Of a stretch of DNA of 64,000 bases, positions 27,121 to 40,832 are shown in pieces. Location of the stretch: NCBI GenBank assembly GCA_951406725.2, contig OX597819.1:61752001-61816000 (forward strand), given 5' to 3'. A model generated the notes under the pieces. The model saw only the letters and a list, made by a program, of their open reading frames with translations. It searched no databases and was not told the origin of the DNA. The DNA is from Octopus vulgaris (taxonomy: Eukaryota). The position numbers and the translations under genes are program-made. Within the stretch, counting starts at the first letter, position 1. Every line of letters starts with the position of its first letter.

Positions 27121-29660
27121 ATATCTATGTGAAGCATTTTAGAACTATACTTACGCATATTTCTTTCTATCTTTTTAATTATTTAATCTTTGTTTACCTA
27201 CCACTAAAAATAAAATCTAAAACCATATCGGTATTCATTCTGGACAAGTAACTCTGCCTTCAGTGATGCCATGTTTGGTTATTAAGGTTCATAAGACTTT
27301 TCATGTTCTACCAAGTAATCTAATTAAAAAAAAGAAAAGGCATTATTTTCATTCTGCTCTAAATTAACCTTGAATATGTTTGTTTTCAGTCTCTGTAAAT
27401 CATATTAAACACAAATTCATAATTTATTCAAGCATTTAACACCCCTCCCCTTTGCAACTACTGCCTTGACATATTTGGTTATATGTAAACCTATAGGGTG
27501 GAACAAACACAGAAAATTTACTGATTCCTCCGTAGATTGAAAAAAAATTATGAACAGCCTTAATCGATTTTTGATTTGTGTTGGGGTCTCATCAGCATCA
27601 TTTGATCAATCCCAAAGAAAGAAGCAGCCAATTTGTTTATATACACATCAAATTTTGTATCTCCAGAAAATTGGAGTCACTAATCGGCATACTATATATG
27701 TTTAATACTTTATTTAATATCAGAAACTGGATAAGTCAATATTGTTGACTCGCAATAATTTGTGCTGTTTTTTTGTTCTTGGGGTCATCATCAAAACATT
27801 TCCTATTTATTACTCAATAGCTTATTGTGATGATGATATATAGCTGCTATTATACTTATAATACTTTAGGTCAGTCTACTGCTATTTATTCATTTGTAAA
27901 CCAAACACAAGACTTTAGAAATATACTTCCTGAATAATTGGTAAAAGCTGACTAAGTAAAGGGCTTAATGCATTGTAAAATATCATTAGATTAACTTTTT
28001 TCTTTAGTATATATATATAATTCATGAAATGCATTGTAGATTTAGCTTAGCTGTCACACACACATATATATATATATATTATGTTCATGAAATTTGAAGT
28101 CTTTTATTACGTCTGTGAACTTGATCATTGTAAATACTTATCCAGTACCAGTCAGTACTTGTATGTTTGCTAAGGTCAGCAACTTCTATATTGTTATGGC
28201 ATTGTTTCATATTTCCTGAATTGTTAGATTAGCTTTCATCATTGCAGTGATTGGATGTTTGGGAAATTCAAACGCTTGCATTTGCTTTTTTTTAAAGCAA
28301 GACCAAATTTCAGAATTTATATCTTGTTTTATAACTGGATGACCTACCCAGTACTTGTCATTTCACAGTTATGTCCAACCCATGCCAGCAGTGAAACGAT
28401 AATGATGAGTGATGGTAGACCAGCACCTACTTTTAATATAGAGTTGATTGAGAGTTTTTCCGTTTGTACATCTCATATCCCTTTTATCATAGTTTGCAGA
28501 ACTGAGCAAGTTTATGTGCTATGAAGAGTTGTTGAGATCTCTGCAGATGGCAAACGAAAAATTAAATTTTCAGAATTCTCTCTGCAGCAATACTTTAACC
28601 ATTTAATAAATCAGCTAGAAATATTGTTATTGATTTTAAGTCTGAATTCATAATTTTCCTTTCTCACCAAACAACACCAGTGTTGCTAATTAATTCCACA
28701 TTAATTTTTGTCATTCTATTCTTGGTTCAGTGTTCTTGACAACTCTCAATGGCCAAGTCTACTTAGCTGTAAATAGATTATCATCATACAATATGGAGTT
28801 TATCACAGTAGACAGTGAGAAAGATTTGTGACTGGTGACTATTTTTCAGTTTGTATTGCTCAGTTCAAATCCTCTCAAAGGTTTGTTATAAAGAAAAGGT
28901 AACTTATGTCCTCTTCTTGGAATCAGTACTTACAATTTTTTTTCCTGTGACGCCTTGACAGCCCAATGGCTTTGATTTTGATTTTTCCAGTTTCAGCTAA
29001 TGAGCTGTGGCCATGCTGGGGCACCGCCATATGGCATTTAACATTTGGTTGTTAAAATTCAGTGTTAATTTATATTCCAAACACCAGCTTAATGATGACA
29101 AAATTATTTTACTGAAGTTTTCTTTAACTGGCAAAATTAATTGAAATAAGACAGTGTATTGCAGCTGAAATTTGGTAGCATAAGGGTTAATGTTGCTAAT
29201 TTGTTACTGTAAACATCTTAGATTTTCTCAATATTCTGTATGCTGAGTATCAATAAATCTGTCATTACCTATGGGCGGAATAGAGAAGAGTGATGGATGA
29301 CTTAATGCAGTTTTGAACCGTATTATGTAAAGTAATATTTTTCAGTGCTCTAACCACCAAGCCAACACTGTATGTAATAAAGTGTTTTGCATTTTATTCA
29401 ACACACAAAACAATAAAGATAACTGTATTAGAAAAGTTCTTTGTTATCATTAACAACTGTTCGCGTATGTTCTTTATTTATGACAGCATAAAATAGTCAA
29501 AATAAAACTAGTTTTGAAATATCTTGGTCTCTATGCATATTTCAATAGCTGTTATCTATTTCACAAAATTTATCGTTGGGTTTCTGAAAGTCTATTATCA
29601 TATTGTGGTAGTATCTGACGAAAAATTTTTTTTTATCTCTTTGATACTTTGATAAATTGC

Positions 29661-29716
29661 ATTTTAATGGCAAAAGCAGCACAAAGTATACTACGTATTG
29701 CTTTTGCCATTAAAAT
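29661..29716. repeat. Perfect 18-bp inverted repeat with 20-nt spacer
   Basis: ATTTTAATGGCAAAAGCA (29661-29678) and TGCTTTTGCCATTAAAAT (29699-29716) are exact reverse complements. Confidence 0.95.
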
Positions 29717-30563
29717 ATGCCCAGGACCCAGTTTCAGTTCTTAATAAGAACCACTTTGCTTTATAACATTGCTAATTGACTCAGAAGCTAAGATACTCTT
29801 TATGAGTTATAGGTTTCTATTTTAAGAAACTGTGTATATTTGTATTTTGTATAAAGTTGGTAGTTATTCCACTGTGAGGTATTTGAATGTCTTTCAGGAG
29901 AGATCATCAAACATTCACAATGCAGAAAAATACATAACTTTTCCAATGTTCAAGTATCATAAAGTTCAAGTTGATGAGACAAGAAACCAGCTATTTGAAA
30001 AAAAATATTCCATAGCATGCATATATCAGAGAGACTTAATTTCACACTGCTTCTATATCAGTGCATTGCTTATGGGATTCCAGTGATATTGCTAACTTTT
30101 TATTGGTTTGCTACACAAGTCAATGGAATACTCATTAAATCTCTACTCCAATTAATACTACTACTCTTGCTGGATACAGCAGTGAACTATTTCTACCATT
30201 CACAGTTCCTGCTTAGAACTAGGACATCTCGGTGTCTTGCCTACAAACACTATGCAGTGTTGGTGACTTTTGGCCACCATAGAGAATGCAATTCTGACAT
30301 TTCAGCTGGCTATCTGCTGTCCTATCATTTCAGTCCTTCTGTCTTCTAAAGTGTAACCAATGTTTCTCCATGACATTAATAGCTTATTAATTTCTGTGTG
30401 GTTATTTATGATTCATTATTTGAATGCTTTGTAGCATTTCCCTTTGTATGTAGTAGACAGACCAATAAGGATACATCTATCTGAATAGTAACTCGAAATG
30501 ATTATGTAACATTTGTATCTTCATTAGCTGTTCCTTACAGTAATGGGTCCACGTGCATAAGCC

Positions 30564-30790
30564 TTAACCCTTTTGCATTCAAATTATTCTACCAAATATA
30601 ATCCTTATTTATTCACATTGTTTTGAATTAATCATGCATTACCTTGTGATTTCAAGATCTTGGTGACGTGATTGTTATTTTTAGAATGACATTGTAGGGT
30701 AGGTGTGAGAGGCTGGCTCTCACTAGTTTGAACATATAACAGGTTGAATATTTAGGCTGAGTATGGCCAGTTCAAATGTTTAAGTCTTAA
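30564..30790 (+). mobile_element. piggyBac-like MITE, family 2
   Basis: Starts TTAA-CCCTTT; homologous to 7818-8010. Confidence 0.6.
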
Positions 30791-30969
30791 AGACTATCCA
30801 AGCAAAGATAACTTGATATTAAACAAAATCATCTCTGAAACTTTCCTGTTGGGTTGCTGCTTTTTATATATCTTAATGACATGAAAATAATATCAATTAG
30901 TATATAGTTTTTCACTGATCATCCTATTCTCTAATAATATCTTCTGCGTCGTCATCATCATCATTATTG

Positions 30970-31548
30970 TTATTGAGTGAGAGAGCAGCACATGCTATCA
31001 AAATGACACTGGGGTACAAATATATGAAGCCCAATATACTCATCATGGTTTACTCATCTGATATACTTATCATGATTTACCCATCTAAGTATTACAGGAT
31101 ATGCATTACAACCATATGTGCACAACATGGTGACCTCATATCAAGATAAACAGTACATGATTTTGTAGGTGGGGGTCCAGTTAGAATTTTCTTCTAGTCG
31201 AGTAGCCCGTCCTGCTCAAAAGGTCCCTAAATAAGGTTTGTTTTAGGATGATGAACAAAACACCTATGTTTTCAAACCCCGAAGAATCTCTCTTCTCATC
31301 ACATGACTATGATGCTCCCTCACTATTCCTGCTCGTGGTCAGAGATGCATATATCATATCATTAGCCACTAAGGGACATGCTCAACTGATTAGAGTCAAG
31401 CAACTAATTAGCAAGTCTTTGGTATCGGGCAGAATATTTGCTGTCACCCATCTTTTATACCAAGACAAAACAATGTACATGTTAACACTTCCAATCAGTT
31501 AAGATCATAAGCCATGGGAGCCACTGCTTGGTACTGCGCCAGGCATTT
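30970..31548. mobile_element. ~580-bp interspersed repeat of unassigned class
   Basis: GC-richer block sharply bounded on both sides by (CAT)n(TAT)n microsatellite; single copy in the window; resembles a repeat I recall from octopus DNA (unverified). Confidence 0.45.
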
Positions 31549-32432
31549 ATCATCATCATTATTATTATTATTGTTAGACAGTTTTTGTGGATTTCTATAT
31601 TAACAAGTGCTGGAATTGTTTCTGAGGGGTTGAACAGATTACAATAATTGTGTGTTAATGTCAATGTATGTACTTTCAATACTTCATTCTTTGTTTTTGT
31701 TTATAAAAAGAATGCATTCAATGTTATTTTGCTTTGCAATTTGTAGCAGTCAAATTATAATGATTTTATTAGTTTTTTTTTTTTTTTTTCTCTTTCAAAA
31801 TTCTAATTAGAATCCTAGAATTTGGATGTGTAATTCATGTTACAATAAGTTGAATGCAAGTTTGTCATTAGCTTGCTATCAGCATTCAATAAAAACTATA
31901 TTTAATTAGTAACTCCTTTCACCAACATATAGGACATATTTGTTCTTATTTGTAAAGAACTTTTATATTTATTTCCCATACACAGAGAATATGCTGTTTC
32001 AGAATTAATTTTAATTCAATTGGAATGCATATTCTCTAATTGTATAATCTCTGTCTGTTTTATACTCAAGGTTATCTAATTACTATTATAAATAGCTTGT
32101 TCAATAATCAATTTACACAATTCTCAACATTAAACTTTATTTTCCTGTTTTTCTTTTTATTCTCATCCTGTCTCAGTTACTGATAGCAGACAATAAATAT
32201 CTCTCCTTTTTCAATCATATTGTTAAAGCAAGTATTTACTATACTTACTTCCAAATCTTTCTTAACATAAGAATAAAGAATAAAACTTATCGTTTTTCTT
32301 TTTTAAATGGAGTTTATGGAAGCAGATTTTCTATGGTCGAATGCCCTTTCCTCTAACCAACCCTTACTTGTTTCCAGACATGGTAATATTTTCCCATGAT
32401 CAGACATGTTTTTGCTGAATATTGAAGATGAA

Positions 32433-32621
32433 TAAGGCGGCAAGCTGGCCAGGCAAAATTCTTAATGGCATTTCATCTGTCTTTACGTTCTGAGTTCAAA
32501 TTCTGCTGAGGTCAACTTTGCCTTTTATCTTTTCGAGGTTGATAAATTAAGTACTAAGGGTTAATCTAATAGACTGGCCCCCGCCCCAAACATTTCGGGC
32601 CTTGTGCCTAGAGTAGAAAAC
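32433..32621 (+). mobile_element. Family M SINE nested in a minus-strand family H/(GAT)n-tail element (~32310-32880)
   Basis: AAGGCGGCAAGCTGGC head, GAGTTCAAATTC box B, tail GGCCTTGTGCCTAGAGTAGAAAA; 15-bp TSD AATATTGAA(G/A)ATGAA at 32418-32432 and 32622-32636. Confidence 0.85.
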
Positions 32622-33869
32622 AATATTGAAAATGAACGACACTGCTTATATGACAGTCATGCTCATTTACAACTATCATGCTATGTCAAGACAAGGCAGC
32701 ATAAACACACACTCGTACATGACTGGCATCTTTTAATTTCCACCTACGAAATCTACTCACGAGGCTTTGGTTAATCTGGGGCTTTAATAGAAGACACTTG
32801 TCCAAGGTACTACACAGTAGGACTGAACCTGGAATTATATGATTGGGAACCAAACTTCTTAACCCAGAGCCACACTTGCATTTAAACCACCAAGAAAAGC
32901 ATTCCACCTCTGGTGGCATAAATTCTGAAACAAATTTTTAAAAGTACTTTAAATCATTTTTTAAAAACATTTTATAAGTGATTAAATTTGATCCCAAATT
33001 AAAAGGATTAGCACAGTGGGAATTATGTCTACACTTAAAGTCTATAAAATGGAAATAATATGCAATAGATTTCTGAGGTATGATAAGTATTATGGAATTA
33101 TATTTTAAAAAATGGTGGTTTGTTTAAGGGTAAGGTTTTAAATAAAATTAGATAATATAAAATAGTGTTTAGTCTTACATTAAACTTGTAATCTTAAATC
33201 TTTCTTCTAATTTGTTGGTTTTTGGTTCTGGTTAGATTGATTTACTGTTTCAACATCAGAAAATAATATCTGACTTAATTTGACTTCAAAGAACAAACTT
33301 GCAATTAATACTGATTAATAGTTCATCTTCAATTTTTTACAGTTCATACTTCATATTCACATCATAAATTTAGTTTCCCAAAACCTGATACTCAGAGAAA
33401 AAGAGCAAAATAAATAAATAAAATGAAGAATAAATAATTAAAGAAGAAATTGTTTTTACTTTAATATAGTCATTTACATGCTTTGCATTCTCTCCAGGTT
33501 TCAGCTCTTTTTGAAATCTAGGTCTACTAGTAGTAGTTGTAATTAGTTGCCTTATATACTTTTTCACCTAGAATGTCAAACCTGCAGTTCACATGCTATC
33601 TTAAAGACCAGCCTTCTTAACTGAAGTAATGACATTTCTAGGATTTTGACATATAGCCATCTTTTCTCCAAATAATTTCTATGGCAAAAGCAGCAGCAAG
33701 ATATATATATATATTTTTTTTTTGTAATTTCTATTGGAAATTTTGATGTGAGAATAAATTTTGTGGTATTTTAAAAATATCACAAAAGTGATTTCTTTTC
33801 CACTTTTTTAAGTGCTAATGTTATCTTCAGTTTTGTGTTCTTTGATAATCAATTTTTATATTATACACA

Positions 33870-34228
33870 TAAGTATGGCTGTGTGGTTAAGAAGTTTTCT
33901 TCTCAACCACATGTATGGTACCTTGAACTAGTATCTTCTGCTAAAGCTCTGGGCCTTGTGAGTAGATTTGTAGATGGAAACTGAAAGAAGCCCATTGTGT
34001 GTGCGACTTGACATCGCATGGTTGTTGCAAGTGAGCAGCACCAGTCATACAATCGGTGTCATTGGTCTTCTGTCTCTTGTGGAAATATGTCTGGCAATAT
34101 TATCTTGCTGAGAAACAGGTGAGGGTTGGTGATGGGGTTGGCATCTGTTCATAGAAAATTTTGTCTCAGCAAACTCCATCCAACCCATGCAAACATGGAA
34201 AATAAATGTGTAAAATAATGATGATCAT
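33870..34228 (+). mobile_element. Family H head + (GAT)n RTE-like tail
   Basis: ATGGCTGTGTGGTTAAGAAG head; GAAACAGGTGAGGGTTGG..AACCCATGCAAACATGGAA..ATGATGAT tail. Confidence 0.75.
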
Positions 34229-34886
34229 GTTTCTATCTTCCTTTCCTATCAATGATGCTATGCTTATGATTCAAAGAAATTAAATATTTTTCATTTCATT
34301 CCCTGATTTACTAAACCCTGATTATTGCAGTGTCTAAAGACTGATTATTTGTGCCACTATCTTAGTAAGATATATCCATCTTACTTCTTTTAACAACCCA
34401 TTCAATAAATTAGGATCAAATGTGATTTAAAATTTTTATATTTAACCCTTTATTTATTTTTTGTTTTGCTTTTATTTCATGTTACTTTAATCGCAGTACC
34501 CTAAACAGATACATATCTAGAATCATTTAGTAGAATTGAGTCTTCTTGTACTCATATTTCTTTTATCCATGATGCCATTTTTAAACTAAAATTAGAAAGA
34601 ATTTTGTTTTTTTTTACTGATGTCTTTGGTATTATTGATTTAATTCAATATACAGAAAACTGTTTCTTGGTAAGGCTTTCAGTCATAAAGAACGATTAAC
34701 CTTGCTTCTTTCATGTTCTCTTTTTTAAAATTAAAAAGAAATTTTAAAAAGATTTTAATTTATTAATGGCATATAGGTTATTTAAATAAATAATGCATAT
34801 TTTTTCTTGAATTCATGCTGTCGTTTCTTTCCTGTTCAGAAGTAATAAACACTGAAGTTCTATTTATGGAAATGATTTGTCATTAG

Positions 34887-34930
<44 letters not shown>
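34887..34930. repeat. (ATT)n microsatellite
   Basis: Directly visible. Confidence 0.95.
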
Positions 34931-34933
<3 letters not shown>

Positions 34934-36317
34934 AGGTTTTTTTTCCCCCAAGTTTTCTCTCGGTCTCCCTATTGATATTTTTCTTGTATACAACAACTAC
35001 TCTCAACATTCATAGATGTCTTACCCACTTAAAGATAGTAAAGTGGTTTTCTATTGGACTCCAAGATGAAAATAGTTCATCTGAACTCACTGAAAAGAAC
35101 CTGTTTAGAATTAGCTGAAATGTTGTACGACCTACATTATTTACCTAGTGTTGGAAACTACTGTAAATATTATGATTTTGTTTCATTGTAATTTAGTGAG
35201 CTGTATAATTTTATTGCATACTCAGTAATTCTGTTTACACTGAATATTGTGTTGCTTTTTATTGTATTTACAACTATTCTAGCCCGTGCTCCCATGCTAT
35301 CAACAGAGACATAGAAGTGGCGTGTGTATCTGTGTGCACGTGCGTGCATGCTTGTGTGTGTATATCATTGTTTTAATGTCCACTTTTCTATGCTTGCATG
35401 GGTTGGACAGAATTTGTTGGGGCAGTTTTCTATGGCTAGATGCCTTTCCTGTCATCAACCTACGCCTGTTTCTAAGTGATGTAATATTTCCTCAAGACCA
35501 GAAATGTTTTCACAAGGACACTGCTTGCATGACGATTTACTATCTTGTGAAGCCAACACAGATATATACCTCAAGAAGTTTGCTTTGCAATTATATGAGT
35601 TTAGGTTCAATTCCACTGCATGGCACCAAGAGCAAGTCTCTTCCACTATAGCCCCAGGCCAACCAAAGCTTTGCGATTGAATTTGGTTAACAAGCTGTAT
35701 AAAAACTGTTGTGTATATGCATATATATGCATGTATGCATACATACATACATACTACTCAAACCCACCTCCGCAATATTTGCTTTATAACTTAACTCTGT
35801 GGGGAAAACGAAATGGCTATTTGGATTTATTATTCTTATGAAATTGATTTAGTTGATTTAAGAAAAGGAAAACAATCAATAAAATACAGTAGAATCTCGT
35901 AATATGAGTACACTATTGTATGAGTAATTTGCTGTACGAGCCGTTACTGTCTCTTCATTGAAATATACTACCTTTCCATCAGCTAATTTTGAAAATGATG
36001 AAGAATTCAGTAAAATGACTTCTGTATTATAAAGCTAGTGTTTGGAACAAAAATTAGCATTAAATTTTTATGCAAATTTTAAACTTAAATTACTTTAAAA
36101 CAATGGGTTTGTATTAGTGAACCTGAGGCAGTCTCTAACAGGTTTGTATCAAAAGGGTTGGTAAAAAAAATTAAAAAAGCAACTTATGTATTAAATTTCT
36201 TCCAAAGAAAAATATTATGTAGAAGTTGTATTTTGGACCACATCTGGCTAAGTAGTTTCTAAGAAACTAAAGACTATCTTTGATACATTATATTCTTAAC
36301 TGTTTGCTGCCAAATAG

Positions 36318-36387
36318 GTGTAGCCAATATAATTGGTGCAGGGAGCTGTCAGATTACTCCTTTTGTGTGAATGGATTTAACATTCAG
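36318..36387 (+). other. Candidate micro-exon (70 nt; CSQYNWCRELSDYSFCVNGFNIQ)
   Basis: ATAG| acceptor and CAG|GTAGAA donor (both weak); open in phase 2 to phase 0. Confidence 0.15.
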
Positions 36388-39300
36388 GTAGAATCATTAG
36401 TATCTTCTTGGGTCACTCAATTCCTATTACTTTCTCATCAGAAAAAGTGTTTTCCCCAGCATTCGGTTACCGATATTTGGCTCATTAACTATCTCAATTT
36501 CTTAGACCACTGTATCTATGTATGTTTATATATACATCATTTAACATCCACTTTTCTATTCTTGCATGGATCATGCAGAATTTTTTGAGGGAAATGTGGG
36601 GATTGGTGATAGAAAGAGCCTCATACCCTTCCTATCATCAACCCCACATTTCCCAGCAAGGTGATATTCTCCATGGCCAGATATGCTTTCCATGGAAGAC
36701 ATGAAATGAGCAACATCAGTTGTATTCACACACACACAGCCCTTTGTGCTTGTGTATGTATGTACATTCATACATATAGTCTCTATATGATATACTCATT
36801 CATATATATAGTCTTTATATATCTATAATAATAAATGCCAAAATGAATTTCTGTGTCAGTGTGTGACACTTGGACCCCCTCTCTCACTATTCAATTTTTG
36901 TATGAATAATGCTTGTTGTCAATCAGTGTACAAATGTCAAAAGGTAAAACACAAACTACCCTCCCATATAAACACACGATAGGCTTCTTACAGTTTCCAT
37001 CAACCAATTCACTCAAGGCATTGGCAAGTCCACAGCTATCTGGCCAGTGATATCTCCATGTTTCAAAAGACTTAAGAAAATATTACTTTCTTTGGAAACA
37101 GATGAGGGTTAGTGACAGGAATTTTCATCTGATTCATGCATGTATAAAAAAGTGTACATCAAAATGATAAGGAGATTTGTGTTGAGATAAGAATGCTGGT
37201 GAAAGTGATCAGTAACTTATATTATTGTCTATAAGCAATGGTAGCTGGGCACACAGATCAAATGGAGACCATACCAAATTCTGTGAGGATGAATTTGAAC
37301 TTTGTAGTCTAGGGTCTCCCTGAAGAATTTGCAGTCTGGTTTCCATAAACAAACCTAGTTAAAAAATGCAAGTCTGTTTTTCAAATCCTCAGAAATTACT
37401 TGGTATTTACTCATTCATTTTTCACTGAGTTTCATCTAATCTGCAAAAAACACATTTTAATTTGCTCTGCAATATTGCCAAAATGTCAGCATTATTTTTG
37501 CGTATTTTATGTAATAATAAAGAGCAATGCTACCAAATGTGTGCCAAATCTTAGCTTGTGATTCATAACTATTAGTAGAAAAATATGTCAAAAGTAATAT
37601 AAAAGGGAATGGTCTACGCCAACCTTAATTTGCAGCGCATTTTGTAATATGAATGCTCTATCTTAAAGATATCTTTGTTAGTATTTAGCATTTTAGTAAA
37701 CTTTTTTTTTTTTTGGTTTTAAGGAGAGACCTGTTTCTATGCAATGACCTATTAAATGATTATTTACAGACTATTGTTTTATGGAAGTTATAAAACCTAT
37801 TTATTATCATTAATCAGCTAATAGTTTGTCTAGTGTCTCATATAAGCTAATGAGTCTGCAATTAAGTCAAGATAAACTTAATTAGAGTGCAGATAGAAGA
37901 ATGGATAGGGTAGTGGACGACCAGCTAAGCTAGCTGGCCATGTCCATCCAGCAACATAATAAGAATGACTCTCACTAAACAGTGGGCAGCACCATAAAAT
38001 TGTCAGCGTTAGGCCAGAGTTTACCAATCATCTTGGATCACTTTACCTTCGAATTTGGCCTCTTACATTCTGTTTGATGATTATAGTGTGTGGTGGGTCA
38101 TTTTGTGTTAAACTCATCATACATAGGTATACTGGAAGAATGGCCAGCAAGATATAGAAGGCATCTTTATAATGTTTCTCATTAAATATCCCTTGCATGT
38201 TTGCAGGGTTTCTGTGAGTCTTTCAGATTAGTACTGACACTAGATCGAGTACAATGCTACAGAGAAATACTGCATATAACTGTTATTTGTAATACAAATA
38301 GTGTGGCTCAATGTTTTTTCTTATTTATGTCAAAGAAGTTTTGAGATGAGATCGAGTATTTGCTTTTTAGAATTATTTGTGGAACAATTAAAGTGGTAAT
38401 ATAGATTTTTGGCATTAGGTTGGAAATATTGCAGGATGGTGCAGTTGATTAGATCAATTCAAGTATTTGAAAAATACTTATTTTATTGACCTTTGAAGGA
38501 GGAAAGGTAGTGTCGACTTAAGCAGTATTTGAACTCAGAGCATGATGAAGTGGATTTAGTAGATTTGTGGGTGGATTTGGCAGAGGGAAACTGAAACAAG
38601 CCTATCAAATATTCATATTGTGGCACCTTGCCTATGCTTGTACCATGTAAAAAGCACTAAGCCCATTCTGCTGAGTGGTTGGTGTTAGGAAGGGCATCCA
38701 GCTGTAAAAGATCCTGCCTAAACAGTCACAGAAGTTTGGTGCAGGCTCCTGTAGTACCATCCTACCCATGCTAGCGTGGAAGATGGACATTAAATGATGA
38801 TGGTATGTGTGTGTGTGTGTGTGTATAAACGAGCATCATGTCATATTAGCAGTGTTCTTGGTTTCCATGAAACATGTTTAGCCATAGAGAAATATCACCT
38901 TACTTGGAATTAGGTGAGGGATGGTGACAAGAAGGGCATCTATATGGCTGTAGAAAATCTACATCAACAAACACTCTCTGAGCCAATGTGGAAAAGTGAG
39001 TGTTAAAGTGATGATGATGATGATTTCTAAGCTCAGGCAGTAGAGTGGAATCCAGGTTAAAAACTTGTTAATTGCTTAAGATTTTATTTTCGCTGAAGCT
39101 GTATTTATATGGGCTAATAAACTTCTGTTGATGATTCCACATGAATTACTATGCTTTAAAGACTACTTTCTAGATTGATTAATATCTTCTTAAGCATTTA
39201 CATAGTTTAAATTACTCTGCTACAATAGTAACAATAAGATTTACTATCATACCTATGGCTTTTGTACATTTTTGTCATTTAATCAACCACTCTTATAATT

Positions 39301-39429
39301 ATTATCCAGAGCAGAAAAAAAAAAGTTTCACACCTGACCTCAGGCAGACAGCCAAACTTATAAACAAATTCTTTTTATTGATATTTTTCCTTTTATCTTT
39401 TGCACCTGAAAACACTACAGATGGAGCAA

Positions 39430-40330
39430 CTTTTTTCAGACAGCTTACCAAAAAGTGTGCATTTAACAGACAGAAAAGGTTTACTGATAAAAACTGCCAT
39501 AAACACTTATATAAACCGCAAGAAAACTGGAAGATACACCCCACGCTAGTCATCAGCTGTTTCTCCTCCCACAATTTCAACCTTACATTCTTCTGGTCTT
39601 TTGCCAACTTTATGGAAATCTTCCTACACTCAGCTCACTTATTCCAATGTTTTCCGTCTGCAGCTCTCCTTTTGCTGCAAAATGTAATGCATTTACCTCC
39701 AACTTCATCATTCACTTACGCAACAAATCTCCAGCACCTATCACTGTCTACTATCAATAAGTGCAGCAAATCTCCCACTCTGACATTGGCTGGTATTTAT
39801 GGCATTCCAGATATCGTGAATAAGCACTAAGTATCTTAGTTGCTTGTCAACAAATTCAGCACTCACTCACTCACTCTCTCTCTCTTTTAATATCCAATTC
39901 AATCAGCAACCAAATTCCATAACAGTAAACACATTAAACCTAATAAATACAAAAGATGATGACTTTCTGCTATGCTTTCAATCTCTATCTACTGTCACCA
40001 TTTGCTACAGTGTGTTCTATAAAAATCAGACACCCTTGTGAGTTGTTTTCCTATATTATGCACCAATGGTACCTTTCACCAGAAAGCAAAGTTGCCAAGG
40101 CAGCAATGAAGCTGTTTGTGTATCTACCAATTAAAGTCTCAGGAATTACCTAATCTTTTTTTAATGTTTCCATGTGTTTCTTATAAATTTCCTATCATTT
40201 TATTGCCTTACTCCTCTCCAACAATTATGTCCCTTCTGTTACGTTAGAGCTTGTGTATTTATCTGCTAATTTTACACATGGTACTGAATTACTAACACCT
40301 CACCTCTTCAGGATCAAATAACTACTAAAT
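39430..40330 (+). pseudogene. Decayed LINE ORF2 fragment (CR1/L2/Jockey-type reverse transcriptase region)
   Basis: Explains the longest ORF in the track (39255-39830): FFWSFAN (cf. FWSLAK), AGIYGIPDIVNKH*VS*L (cf. AGPDGIP..VLK.C..EL) and ELFSYIMHQW (cf. DLLS.IT..W) in the expected order; C/A-rich plus strand; stops and frameshifts. Confidence 0.6.
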
Positions 40331-40614
40331 GCTTCAGTTACTGCACACACTCCTTGGGTAATTGACTCTATAGTGACCTACATGCTGCCACATTAACTTG
40401 GCTAAAGTTACAGTAATAATAGAGAAATAAATGAGAAATTATTGATCCTTTACTAGGCCCAACAGGTATATCATCATCTAGAATGGTGCATTGCATTTAC
40501 TCTGTAATAAAAGACATAGGCAAGAGAGACAAGCATACAATCACAAATATTTGTTGGTCTCTGTTCAAATCGTATTTTCTTGACTGTATTTTTTTGTCAT
40601 TATTACAATGATTA

Positions 40615-40832
40615 CAAGGCTGCGGGCTGGCAGAAACGTTAGCACACTGGGCGAAATGCTTAGCAGTATTTCGTCTGTCTTTACTTTCTGAGTTCAAATT
40701 CCACCAAGGTCAACTTTGCCTTTCATCCTTTCGGGGTTCGTAAATTAAATACCAGTTGTGTACTGGGGTCAATCTAATCGACTGGCTCCCTCCCCCAAAA
40801 TTTCAGGCCTTGTGCCTAGAGTAGAAAAGATA
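40615..40832 (+). mobile_element. Family M SINE, full length
   Basis: Head AAGGCTGCGGGCTGGCAGAAACGTTAGC, box B GAGTTCAAATTCC, centre GCCTTTCATCCTTTCGGGGT..TAAATTAAATACCAG; TSD TATTACAATGA at 40601-40611 and 40833-40843. Confidence 0.9.

Noticed and set aside
29832-30349. Overlapping ORFs after a good acceptor (CTTTCAG at ~29897)
   Set aside because: No recognisable domain, frames discontinuous, no convincing donor.
39255-39830. Longest ORF (191 aa) as a host gene
   Set aside because: Its C-terminal part matches decayed LINE ORF2 motifs that continue past the stop codon.
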